Source: Pecten maximus
Lineage: Eukaryota
NCBI RefSeq assembly: GCF_902652985.1
Contig: NC_047028.1
Location: 24,304,001-24,368,000 of the forward strand
Direction of reading: 5' to 3'
Length of the DNA stretch: 64,000 nucleotides
The notes under the pieces were generated by a model. It saw nothing but the letters and a program-made list of their open reading frames with translations, searched no databases and had not been told where the DNA came from. Positions 39,081 to 51,320 of this stretch are shown one piece after another. Each line of letters opens with the position of its first letter. Within the stretch, counting starts at the first letter, position 1. Position numbers and translations under genes: made by a program.

Positions 39081-39383
39081 CTGAAATGTAAGAATATCAC
39101 CATCATGTATACATTGTACAATAGCAGACGGTCATCACACATACAACATTTGCATAGAACTCCCTCTCATTGGTCAGGTGGCTCAGTGCATTCTAACACA
39201 TTTGTCTTTTACCTAGGCAGCCAGAGTTCGATTCCCCGAATGGACCTGAAATTAATTGCATGAGGTCAACTGCCTCACCACGATGTGGATTTTTGTTTTT
39301 GTATGGGTATTCCTTTTTCTCCAACATTGATATCCCTCATGCGCTTCCATCCAGGCCAAGAAACATGATAATTACAATAAGTA

Positions 39384-39510
39384 AAGATGACCAGACAACA
39401 TCCGCAGGAAGATCTTCAACTGGTTTAATGGTTCGGCATACTAGGTATGCCGTCCTCAGAAACCATTAAACCAGTTGAAGATCTTCCTGCGGATGTTGTC
39501 TGGTCATCTT
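39384..39510. mobile_element. perfect 50-bp inverted repeat element with central hairpin
   Basis: 39384-39433 is the exact reverse complement of 39461-39510; centre CGGCATAC-TAG-GTATGCCG. Confidence 0.85.
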
Positions 39511-39757
39511 CATTACTTATTGTTTACACACTTTTTATGTACCGGACTCGTGTATTCCATTTGGAATCCATCCTAGGGAGACTACCGGACGTATAGAACT
39601 ACCTACACCAGACGTTGGATCTCATTTTCTTTGTATGATAAATATAAGTTTTCGGGAAAAGAGCCAACGCCATTCTTCTAATTTAGGTTCTGTGGGTTCC
39701 GTAATCCCGGCTTGGATACCTCTGAGTATGCAGGGTGATTGAGAAAGTGGGGCAATA

Positions 39758-39809
39758 TATCGTTAGAATTCAATCTTAACAAGCTTGTTGCGATTGAATT
39801 CTAACGATA
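39758..39809. repeat. 52-bp near-perfect palindrome
   Basis: TATCGTTAGAATTCAATC..AACAAGCTTGTT..GATTGAATTCTAACGATA. Confidence 0.85.
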
Positions 39810-42411
39810 AATATAAGTTGGTATAACTTGTTTCACTATTGTGAAATCAATAAACTTTACATTTTAATTCAAATATTATTTTCGACTGCTGGGCATTCAA
39901 GGTATGACACTCATGAGAGAGACTGCTGCCTTATTGATGTTAAACAGGGATAAAAATTGACTAATGAGCAAAAAAAGGCTGCATGATCGTTCATAAAAAA
40001 TGTTTACATTACTATAAAATTCTGAAAAAGCTGATGCTTTTGTTAGAGATTGTATGGGTATGCTGTTTGCTATGGGTCTGAATTTCTTTCAACTCACTTA
40101 AATAATGTCATACCATTTGAGTACTGTGACACATAAATGCTCAACTCAGATACTATTTTCACCTTTCTGAAGAAAACAAATACAAATTCCTTGGTTACAA
40201 GAGCAAAACTGATTTACTTACCAATAAAACCTCATCTCTTTCTGTTTTTTACCTATACCAACTGAGCTATTACGACCCAATTTTAAATTTTGATAATATA
40301 TAGCTGTAAGAATTGAATTGTAATCAAATGCCATTGTGAAGTTTGAATAAATTGTAACTGATTTAGATTAAAAGGAGCCAAATTTCATGTTGTAAATAAA
40401 GCTTTGATAACTGTAGTTAATGGCAACAGAAAAAAAATGAAAATATTATAAAAAGGAACATCAAACTAATATCTTTCAGCAAGCAAAGTTTTGTCAAATT
40501 TGACCTGTTAAAAAAATCATGAAAATTCATTAAAAAAAAGTTTATACTGTAAGATAATATAGTATAATAAAATTTTGCGAACTCAATTATGTTATACCAC
40601 TGTTTATCAGCTTACTCTCTTAAACATTCTTCACCAAACACTGAAATATCACCAACCATATTAAGATCTCTATAGAACCGTAACTTATAACACTGGTGTT
40701 GAGAGGGGGCTTGTACAAATTAATTATAATTGACACAGCATACTTTAGATTTTGACCCTGTGACTCATTATTTATCTCAGATAAGTGTTTAGAACTATAG
40801 ATCATAGAACAGTATTTTATTTACATTATAGACCTATAATGAGTTAATAAGGACAACTGCTTGCTGTGCCAGTATGAACGTGGTACTTAATTTTTTCATG
40901 TGCCAATCCTTACCTCGATCCCAATCTGGTACCGCATATGGTCGTTACAGATATATCACAAGGATATGTTTTTTCATTTCTTTTGTCTAACTTTACATAC
41001 TGGTTATTAAATTTGAATTCATGAAGATGGATAATGAATTATGTAGTTTTTATATTTATCAAAAGTTCAAATATATTTCATTAAATTTTCCTGAATTTTT
41101 CTTCTATATTGAGTAATAATTATAATGCGTAATTTCCTTTCTCAATCCTAGGTTGACCTACATCCCACAGTATCTATACTTCGTCAATGAATCATTAGAC
41201 ATCGGTCCAATCTCTACCCTGATACCATGACATAGATCCAACATTGATATCATATAAGCTAATTAATTAATTAAATTCATGAATGAAGAATAAAAAAAAT
41301 TACTTTTTGTTTACACATGAAGACAGTTTATAGTTTACATGTTTTTGTTTTCAACAGAGACATTAAAAATCTTTTGACAAACTGTTTTTGTTCGGAATTT
41401 TAAATGACGATCAATTATTCTCTACTCTGTCATCACAGACCTACTACGTATGTACGCGACGTTTTACCAGACTCCCAGGCCACTTGACATTGTTTTTTTT
41501 CTATTCTATTACGTCAATGGTGAACGTCTCTGCCCTGAATTCTTAACCAAACCCAATAAATTATATGTACTTTGTACATCAGAAGCATTTTTTTTTTAAT
41601 TTGCTTTGATAAAAGCGTAAATTTATTCATGAACTCATTCAGCTAAAGTACATTTTCAATTTGAGCATTTTATATCACTGCAATTCATAAATACTCAAAA
41701 CATCAGATTTTATATTCAATGATTAAATTTGCTGTTTCCAGCTTAGCAGCCTCACTTGGTCAACTGCTGAAAAAAATCAATCAAAACTGCCCTGTCTTAT
41801 AACATGAATCAGCTCAGTGGAAACAAACCCATTTCTATTCTAAGCAATACTTATCATCAAGCAAAGAAATTTGTGCAGATCTTATCCTAGCTGATGTGCA
41901 TATATCTATTTTTTGCAAAACTTCAACTTTGACATATATAAGGAGGGGGGTTGGGGTGTTGGGGAGGGGGGAGATATATTTCTAAAATACTGAATTTGAA
42001 TATTGAAAGTATTCACCAACATGCCCATGTGCATTATAATTGTAACTAAACTTCAATAGGCATGGGTGAGCTTATTCCAAGTCATAATGCAGAATAAATA
42101 ATGTAGTATATGCCATCCATGTTGATTAAAATAAGAGAATGTTGATACTAGGAATGCATGACTGATTATGACGAACATTATATAAAATGTATTTCACCAA
42201 TGTGGTCAAACTCTCAAATGATCAACACATTTTCATTTTTTTATGCAGGACAGCAAAATAAAATTTGTTAGTAATTTGAACAACACTTTATAGTGCTGGT
42301 TTATTCTTAGCCATGGGCTCATTGTTTGATCAACCTCTCTCATCTCGGCTAATTTATAAGTAATAAATGATGCTCTTAAGTTCTTCCATCAGCGGCCAGT
42401 TATATACACAC

Positions 42412-42631
42412 CTCCTCCTGTAGAAGGGGCTGGTGGCGGGGCTGATGACGCAAAGGGGTCACCCCCTAAATCCCCAAGCAAGTCCATGGTGGTGGAGCCA
42501 GAAGATTGTGACGACTGGCTCTGTTGTCCTGGCGACTGGAATGACAAGTCCTGTTTGGGGGTGGGGTTAGGCTGTGTGGCAGTGGGTACTGTGATTGGAC
42601 CTGGAGTCGACTGTGGCTTTGGGACCGATGT
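42412..42631 (-). CDS. AGFG1: AGFG1 exon (TSVPKPQ...MDLLGDLGGDPFA...STGG)
   Basis: DLLGDLGGDPF matches human DLLSDLGSDIF; phase 0 to 1. Confidence 0.92.
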
Positions 42632-45305
42632 CTGTAAAGACAAAAAGTTAATTCTGAAAATCTAATACTATCTATTCCATTATCAATCAACTCAAACATT
42701 CACCTTGGACTTGTAAATTTTGATACAAAACAAATGAAATCTTATGAATTTACTGCAATTATAAACATATTGGCTGAATTTTTATTTTTTATATGAATAG
42801 GACTTAAAATAAATGCTAAAATAAATGCAAGATTTCGAGTGGGGTATGCACAAGTACACTTGAACCTCAATGAAATCACTTTCATGCCAAGAGAGGTGTG
42901 TAACAAAATATTCTGTTTTCCCCTATCACGTTCTTTTCTGAATGGATTTCCCCTCAGCAGTAGAATACCATTTCGGTGCGAGATGGCTGTTAACAACTAC
43001 AGAATAAATATATAGACAATGAACCATTGTCATATACAAAATTTAAACAATACAAGTTTGTTGACCTTCTGCAAGAGAAGTTTCAGGACTATCAATTTAT
43101 GGTAATAATTTGCTCACAGACAAAAGCTATTATGAAATTTGAAATAAGACAATTTACATACATAATGTATACAATATATGCATTCCTAAAGAAGTTTAAT
43201 TTATTTCAACATGTCAAAATTTCCTTATACAATTAATCTAGGTAGTTCATGCTGTGACACAAACTTCTCAACTAATGAGGACTGTTACTGTAAATGAAGA
43301 CAAAAGGTTTTAGTTTTTGTTTTTATTATTCTGTATAATCTGTTTCACTTTTAATTCTTTAATTCTTTATGTAGATAAAAATCAAAGCATGTCAGTACTT
43401 TAAATTCCCATCTACACGTACATGCATCAAATTATAATACATTAGTTGGAATTTCAAATCATCATACATCTTTGTGTGTTAAATGTTTGTTCATTTCCTT
43501 CTTTTTTTAAAAATAAATACACTTCTCGTTTCTATCAAAACAAAATTAATGGCCTAATACTTGCTGTGAATCACCCCAAAAGTGTGACAAAAAGTCATGC
43601 ATCATGTCAAAACAACCTCTGGCTAATACGTCAGCATATTACCTGGTAAATGTACACAGACATCTTATACCAATACATAAATTAAAGCTAACCAAACATT
43701 TACAAGCACATAATAAATGTTCAGTTTACCGAATGAATTGTTAGCTTAATAAATTTTACAGAAAAAAAAAGGTTATGCAGATAAATTTTATGTCTAAAAG
43801 AATAAAAAAAAAAATTTTATTAGTATTTTTTGTGGCCATTTTATACTAAAGGCAAGACCACTTGTACTTCAACATACTGGTATTGTCATATCCAAAAATA
43901 AATATTAAGTGATAATGTTTCACCAACTATATACATGTTGTCGCTTTATACACTCATAATGTTCATAGCCACATTCATACAACTTAGTAAATCTTTTAAA
44001 CGGTTATCATGCTTGGGAAATGAGAATGGAAACACCAACGTTGTTGATTTTTACTCTCAAAACAAGCAAAGGTATAAGTTAACTGAACCGAAACATTGAC
44101 GTACAATTTGTAAGAAACAGAACATAAGTAACCCTGGCTAGGTGCATCTTTGCCTATATACATGTCACCAGTGTCATAAACCCGGATTTATACCAAGAAA
44201 ACAACAACACCGTGTCTTAATGTGACAATTCTTGAGCGATTGTTGTTTATACATTGCAGAAGTGTCAAACATTTTTTCACAAGAACCACATATTTATCTT
44301 AACATTGTTTGTGGTTAATTATCAAATTATGATTGACATGATGTTTTTGAGTACAGATAAACTTGTAATAGTCTATATGCTGAGTTTTAAATGATTACCA
44401 TAAATTTTAATTATATCTACATTGACGAGGTAAACACTTCATAATAATTAGGATATAATGAATTTAATTAATTCATCATCTTATACACAGTGGTACAAGT
44501 CTGTACAGATCACAAATTTACGTCAGCACAATGATAAAAAACAATATTGTTTCCAAGAAATAAGAGAAACACGGAATATTTACATCACCACATCACAGTA
44601 ATTTATAATTATCATGACATTTAATTTTTCATGTTTTAAAATTACAACATGGCCTGACATGTGTGGTCATTGGACAAAAAATCTGCCATTGTGGTGTTAC
44701 AACCCATTATATACACACATTAATCGCAGTTATTGCATTTTAATCTGCAGAAGGTATCCCTTTGGCGAAATGTTTGTTCGTGAGTAATGATCAAGTGTGC
44801 ATGTCCATTAAAAAGAACCCCACAAGTATGGCCGTAGAATTGTTAACTACACACAGGTAAGTGGTTCACATTTATCACAGAACTGATATGTTCTGTTTCA
44901 CTGATACCATGTCAAGAAAATCGTAGTACACATGTTACTGTGACATCATACAATGGTGATGACGTCACATGATTGTTTTGGTGGTGGAAAAGTTAAAATT
45001 CTAGTTGAAATTAGACAGTCTTATGGCAAAATATTTTCGTGTTTTCACTTATTTTCTCAAAAATAGTATTTATGTGATAAACAGAATATTACACTCATAT
45101 CAACACATTATGGTATTTTCTAAATCGCTAAAAAAAACTTAAAATGTCACTGGAACCCATATAAGATTCATAGTGAAATAGGTAAAGTATATAGCAGAAA
45201 AATATATAATTAAGAGATTATGTTCATTATACAGATTCTAAAGAGATGATAATATTCAGTACAATTAAGACAGATCTAATCTGAGCCTATCTTCATATGG
45301 ATATA

Positions 45306-46008
45306 TCGTAATTATCTGCAAATAAGCCTCTGTCCACAAATAAGCCTCTGCCCACAAATAAGCCCTTCTTCATTTTTTGCAGAATTAGTTTTGACAGAGT
45401 TAGCTTAAAGGTGTTCACAAATACATCCTTCCCAAACTTTAATACAAACTTTTACATTGGGGGAGGGGGGCTTATTTGAGGATAAATATGGTACTAAACT
45501 TTTACACCAGGGGAGAGTGGGTGGTTTGAGGATAAATATGATACTAAACTTGAGGATAGATACAGTACTAGACTTTTACACTAGGGGAGGGGGCTTATTT
45601 GAGGATTGATACAGTACTAAACTTTCTCACTAGGGGAGGGGGCTTATTTGAGGATTGATACAGTACTAAACTTTCTCACTAGGGGAGGGGGCTTATTTGA
45701 GGATTGATACAGTACTAGACTTTTACACTAGGGGAGGGGGCTTATTTGAGGATTGATACAGTACTAAACTTTTACACTAGGGGAGGGGGCTTATTTGAGG
45801 ATTGATACAGTACTAAACTTTTACACTAGGGGAGGGGGCTTATTTGAGGATTGATACAGTACTAAACTTTTACACTAGGGGAGGGGGCTTATTTGAGGAT
45901 TGATACAGTACTAAACTTTTACACTAGGGGAGGGGGGTTTATTTGAGGATTGATACAGTACTAAACTTTTACACTAGGGGAGGGGGGTTTATTTGAGAAT
46001 AAATACAG
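45306..46008. mobile_element. TA-flanked MITE whose right end is tandemly amplified (49-bp unit, about 11 copies)
   Basis: Left TIR TCGTAATTATCTGCAAATAAGCC is the inverse of GGCTTATTTGAGGAT(T/A)(G/A)ATACAG in each unit GGGGAGGGGGCTTATTTGAGGATTGATACAGTACTAAACTTTTACACTA. Confidence 0.75.
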
Positions 46009-46378
46009 TAATACAATTCTTTACAGGAAGACATCTGTACACTACAGACAGGTACATATCTTCAATACTAAAACACAAAACAAATTACAAATAGTCACTA
46101 TATATAGACAATAGGTTTTCTCTCTAAGTACCAACTAGGTATAATGAAGCAAAGATCATCTCGGAGACTCCATGAGCAAGTACTCAAGTAAACTTGAATT
46201 TAACCTTGAGATCTTGATTACTTGACCTTCGAGAAGGAAATGTAACAAAACTATTGTCATACATTGAAGATGTAATTTGAAGATATACAATGATTTTCAG
46301 GAAGAAATTCAGGAAGGACATTCAGCAACACAATTATCCTTCAGACTATACATGTACACACCAGCCCTGCAGTATATA

Positions 46379-46860
46379 CCGTATTCAACCTAATTAGCAC
46401 ACTGCCCCAATATGCGCACCCCGTACTTTTTTCAGGAAAAGAAGATGGGTGCCCTAATTAAAACACACATAAAGATTATTACCACACTGATCTGCCAACA
46501 CAATCTTCAGTATAAACATTTAAAAATACTCTGGATTATTTGGTATGCAAATGAAAAAATAATTTGATACTTTTTTCCACCAAAATTTCACAGGGAACTT
46601 TTTTTTTCATGGTTTTATTAGCGCACTCTTTTCGTGATTTTGTAAGAGCACTTTGGTTTGTTTAACGTCCTATTAACAGCCAGAGGTGGAGGAAAGCCAG
46701 AGTACCCGGAGAAAAACCACCGTACCTGGCAACTGCCCCACGTAGGTTTCGAACTCGCAACCCAGAGGTGGAGGGCTAATGATAAAGTGTTGAGACACCT
46801 TAACCACTCGGCCACCACACCCCCTGTAAGAGCACAGTGTCCTTATTAGGATAAATACGA
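46379..46860. mobile_element. Tc1/mariner-type MITE with a nested SINE
   Basis: TA-flanked TIRs CCGTATTCAACCTAATTAGCACACTG and CAGTGTCCTTATTAGGATAAATACGA. Confidence 0.75.
46652..46824 (-). mobile_element. tRNA-derived SINE, family A (internally deleted)
   Basis: Homologous to 1987-2180; perfect 11-bp TSD TGTAAGAGCAC (46641-46651, 46825-46835). Confidence 0.92.
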
Positions 46861-47124
46861 TATAAATATGCACATCATTGATTATGATAGACAGTGATTA
46901 TAGTAGACCAGGGACAGGTCTATAACCTATAATGGTAAACTTAGCCTTCCTCGACCTTTAACCCTAAGACCAGACATTGTTGTATCAAGGGTGCTATACA
47001 GAGTGTCAATGTCACTGAGGCTCTTCAGAAAATGTGACTGGCCGCCATAAACAATCAACATTTATCTAAATGTATGTAAGCTTAGGCTGAAGGCAATGAC
47101 CCGGGATCTACCACCAACTTAGTA

Positions 47125-47645
47125 TTATATGTCCGAAATCTCCGGTCATATTACTACATATTTACAACACTGTCACAGACTATGTCCCAAATCTCCGGTC
47201 ATATTACTACAATATTGTATAGACTGTGTCCCAAATCTCCGGTCATATTACTACAATACTGTATAGACTATGTCCGAAATCTCCGGTCATATTACTACAA
47301 CACTGTATAGACTATGTCCCAAATCTCCGGTCATATTACTACAACACTGTTTAGACTGTGTCCCAAATCTCTTGTCATGTCACTACAACACTGTATAGAC
47401 AATGTCCCAAATCTCCGGTCATATTACTACAACACTGTATAGACTATGTCCCAAATCTCCGGTCATATTACTACAACACTGTACAGACTGTGTCCCAAAT
47501 CTCTTGTCATATTACTACAACACTGTATAGACTATGTCCCAAATCTGATCAAACTTCTATAAGATAAAGACTATGTCCTAAAGGTGGTCATACATGTTTT
47601 CCTACAAGATAGAGACTTAAATATGTCCCAAATCTCCAGTCATAA
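47125..47645. repeat. 44-bp minisatellite ACTATGTCCCAAATCTCCGGTCATATTACTACAACACTGTATAG, about 10 units
   Basis: Direct tandem periodicity, decaying at the right end. Confidence 0.92.
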
Positions 47646-47655
47646 TCCTATAAGA

Positions 47656-47828
47656 TGTAAAAGTTCAAGGAGTAGTAGTGTGCAGCCAGCCGGGATCGAA
47701 CCCACGACCCTCAGCTTACTGGTACGCCGCTCTACCGACTGAGCTAAAGGGAAATTCCCCCTAGCAGGAAGCTAAAAGGCGACCATACAACTATGTACAG
47801 ATTTACAATTAAAACCCGGCCTGCTACA
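47656..47828 (-). mobile_element. tRNA-containing TG...CA element (Helenus-type TRIM solo-LTR candidate)
   Basis: Ends TGTAGCAG...CTTTTACA; internal TAGCTCAGTCGGTAGAGC and GGTTCGATCCC; 4-bp flanks AAGA/ATGA (one mismatch). Confidence 0.6.
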
Positions 47829-50799
47829 ATGATATACCCATAGCCTATGTCTCAATTGCAAGGAGAAATGCAAGTAAGAAAATTGTTGTGTTCAGCATAT
47901 ATGAGAGCGAGATTCGTTATTCAATAATAGGTTAATAAAGAAAAAATATTACCCAGTAGATACAAGTATTTCAGATAACTAATACATCTGAGAGAAAATT
48001 GAATATCAAATATAATTCACAGATGCAAATATATTCTTTTCATCTCTAAATTACAATATTGAGCAATCATTAGGAAAAACATCAAAATTCAAGTGAAATC
48101 AATTAGTTACTAAAATTTCCCTACCTCGTCCAGATCCATAATGATGAGAGATTTTTCCTTCCAGCTTGCTTTCGGACGTGGCCGTGAGTATTTTGAAATG
48201 TTTTCAGATCTTGCATTTATAACAACCATACTGACAGTCTTGGTATAATCAACAATGTCAAATAATAGAAATATAACAAAGATACCGCTTTCTAATATTA
48301 TTATCAGAAATAAATAAAGTATTAAGATTCTTCCTCAGAATTCTTCTTGTTGAGTGTAAAATTCAGTTTTTATAATTCCAGTTCCTTTGTTTGGTGTCCG
48401 ATCAGTCAAAATCTTTGTAAAAAAAAGGTGTTTTCCACCAGGTAAGTCTTTGTCCTGATACACCAGATGGCCTAATCAACAAGTCCTTTGTGTACCCGAT
48501 AGGTACCCAGTGTCACAAGGTAAGAGTTTCAGGTCACATCCAATACCAAATATATATACAGGACACTCAGAGAACAGTTGCCCACTGCTCTCTCCGCCTA
48601 TTATATGATGTTGAAGTCTGGCGAAGGCTGGCTATATATCCTGGAAGTGGTTTGTTGTGATCAACTATGCTGTTATTCACAGCTCACTGTGTATATATAG
48701 CTTGGTGTCGGTGGTCCTTATGTCCGCATAGACCTTACACAAAGATTAAACGTAATTGTGTATCAGATGTTTATATACTTTTACTAGACCCTTCAATAAA
48801 CAGCTTTAAAAGTCTACTTCCTATAAAGATTTGAGAATAATTGTACGGAAATGATGTTGTCCCTTCTCTCTGACTACACATGTGTTTACTGACAAATTAC
48901 CGAATAATGTCCCTTTATATATACATGACACAGGTGAGCTGACGAGATATGATACAGGTGAGTTGATGATACAGCGTGGTGGCGGTATATCGTGGCCCCA
49001 AGTACTACCTGTCTCAGCGATGTGTACTAGCGGACACATGACACCTAATGATACACTCATTCACCTGAGGTATCTGACTGGAGATATTCTTAAGCTTCTT
49101 TAATTATTTTCCAACTAATGAACTAATTAACATGTCAAATTCATGAATAATTTAATTATAATTCCAAATGTTGCTCAAAATTCATAACAAAGATCCTGTG
49201 ATAAATCTGACTTTTTGAAATTAAAATTTTTTCTAATAATTTTTTATTTATTTGATTTTTTTCTTCTTCTAGATTTTTAAACAATAGTGACTACCAGTAG
49301 GTGTCTGTTCTAAATTCCTTTTTTATTTATTTATATCATAAATCATATACCAGGTATCCATAAATCTTTGTACAACATAAACAGAGATACAGACAGATAC
49401 TTTAACCACAGACTGACCTATAATGTCAATATTAACAATGTCTAACACATTCATCCTCTAATAAGCACAGAGGCCAACACATTCACTTTGACTCAAAACA
49501 GCAGATGAACTTATTGAAGGACAACGAACCTGCTAAAGACATGTGTGGGCTTATTACCAGACACAGACATCGACTGGTCTGACACATTTAGATTCTCCAT
49601 GTGCGATCATAACCGCGGTGGATTACAATTTTCTGAGCTTGTTGAGAAAAAAAATAAAATAAAATAAAATCCTGGCAAGAAGACAATCATAGAAATGAAA
49701 ATAAATCTGATACATAAACGGTAAAACCTGTCAACATTTTCATGTAAAACTTTGTTGGGATTAATTTGTCTGCGATGCAATTTCCCTACCACTGACAGTA
49801 TAGCATGCTGATGGGTGTACATGTCCTATGCCTGGCTAACAGTGCTCCAAGAGCTACAGATTCTTACCCAATCAAAACAGCTCCTACAAATTTAGTGGGG
49901 ATTGCTGGTGTGCTATTTAAAGTGTCTTAGTCACTAAGGTGTTTGGTCCACACACCACCGAATCACAGGCACTGATAGAATCTAGAAAATGTCTAAAAGA
50001 AAGCCAACATATGTTCAAATACATTTATGTTCTGAAATCTTTAATGCCCTTAATTTTGAATCAGAATTATATATTTATGCCAAACAGTTCTAGACAAAGA
50101 TCAGCCCATTACTTTTATCTGATGAATGTGTCATTTAGCTCACTATTTCTGCACTAGTTTCACCAATAATCTAATTAATTTAAAGTAATAACCTAAAATT
50201 TCCATAGGAAAACATCACAAAATTTAAAGAAAGTTTTGTAGCATGCATTTTCCCTAATATCCAATAATCCTTTCCTACAAAACGTTTTAACTTAATTAAA
50301 GAATTTTTGTAAGTTATCTGGAGGTTTGATAAAGCCGGGGCCTGGCATCGTGGTATTAGGAGACACTGGCTCAGATCTTATGTATAGGCAAAAATTGAAA
50401 GTCATTTCTGCAATAACCATTGTATAGACAATGAAATCCTCCTGTTCATACCTCTTTGAGATAATATTGGCCATGAATAAATTCACACAAACTGATGTAC
50501 CAACAGACAATATCCAGGGCATCCAGTAGGATTAAAATCTCAAAGAGTCAGTGGCTATGGTCCAGCGAATCCTGCAATTTTTTGAAATTTTCCCAACCCA
50601 ATTCACTGAAGAGTGACTGGTTAATTACTTGGTTGCTACTGTTTAATTTAACATACTATCAACACAATAGGGTCATTTAAGCACATTTACTTAAGGTAAA
50701 TTTATAGTGCGGTTTCACTGAAATGCCATGTTACACTGAACACATTGATCTCTCTAAGTTCATATATATGTATTGACAGCAGAATCAGTGAGTTTCTTT

Positions 50800-51043
50800 G
50801 AAAATGGAAACATTTATTTTACAATTGCAATATAAGGTATTTTAACATTATATTTATCAATCTTGTTGGCCCAGATGAAGCGTGCGAAGGATCTCACTGT
50901 TGGAGGAAACCAGAGTACCTGAAAACACATGTGCACATGGTCAGGCAGGTGACCTTGATCATATCTTTTTACGTCCGATCAGGGAATCAAACTCTGGGCA
51001 CCAAGTTGAAGGGCGAATGTGTTACCACTGTGCCACCCGACCA
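50800..51043 (-). mobile_element. tRNA-derived SINE family B (V-domain-like core)
   Basis: TGGTCGGGTGGCACAGTGG head, GGTACTCTGGTTTCCTCC core, A-rich tail; homologous to the 39171 copy. Confidence 0.8.
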
Positions 51044-51206
51044 TTCAGTTTCTTTGTTCAGCCCCATCATTGCTGAGCATCAAACCATGAGCATAAGTAC
51101 AAATTTCAATGACTGCAGCATGGGGATATATAAAGTTGATATATAACTTCTTCACGCAGCAAATACTTAACTCAATTCTATGTGCAGGGAGTCTTTGCCG
51201 AGACGA

Positions 51207-51320
51207 TTGGTTGGTGTATCTTGTTTAACGTCCAATTAACAGCCAGGGTCATTTATAAGGACTTGACAGCTTTTGGAGGTGGAGGAAAGCTGGAGTATAC
51301 ATAACTGGAGAAAAACCACT
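51207..51320 (-). mobile_element. 5'-truncated SINE family A
   Basis: TTTAACGTCC..TTAACAGCCAGGGTCATTTA..GGAGGTGGAGGAAAGC matches the family A 3' half. Confidence 0.8.

Larger units (their letters stand above)
39171..39865 (+). mobile_element. tRNA-derived SINE family B, interrupted by about 440 bp of stacked inserts
   Basis: A/B boxes (GGTGGCTCAGTG, GAGTTCGATTC); body homologous to 50800-51043; tail resumes at about 39806. Confidence 0.75.

Noticed and set aside
41434-41532. CACAGAC...GTCTCTG as a larger relative of the 30-bp micro-element
   Set aside because: Termini are only 7 bp with a mismatch and no TSD is present.
47685-47756. tRNA gene on the - strand
   Set aside because: D arm and B box are present, but acceptor and anticodon stems do not pair; treated as part of a tRNA-derived element.
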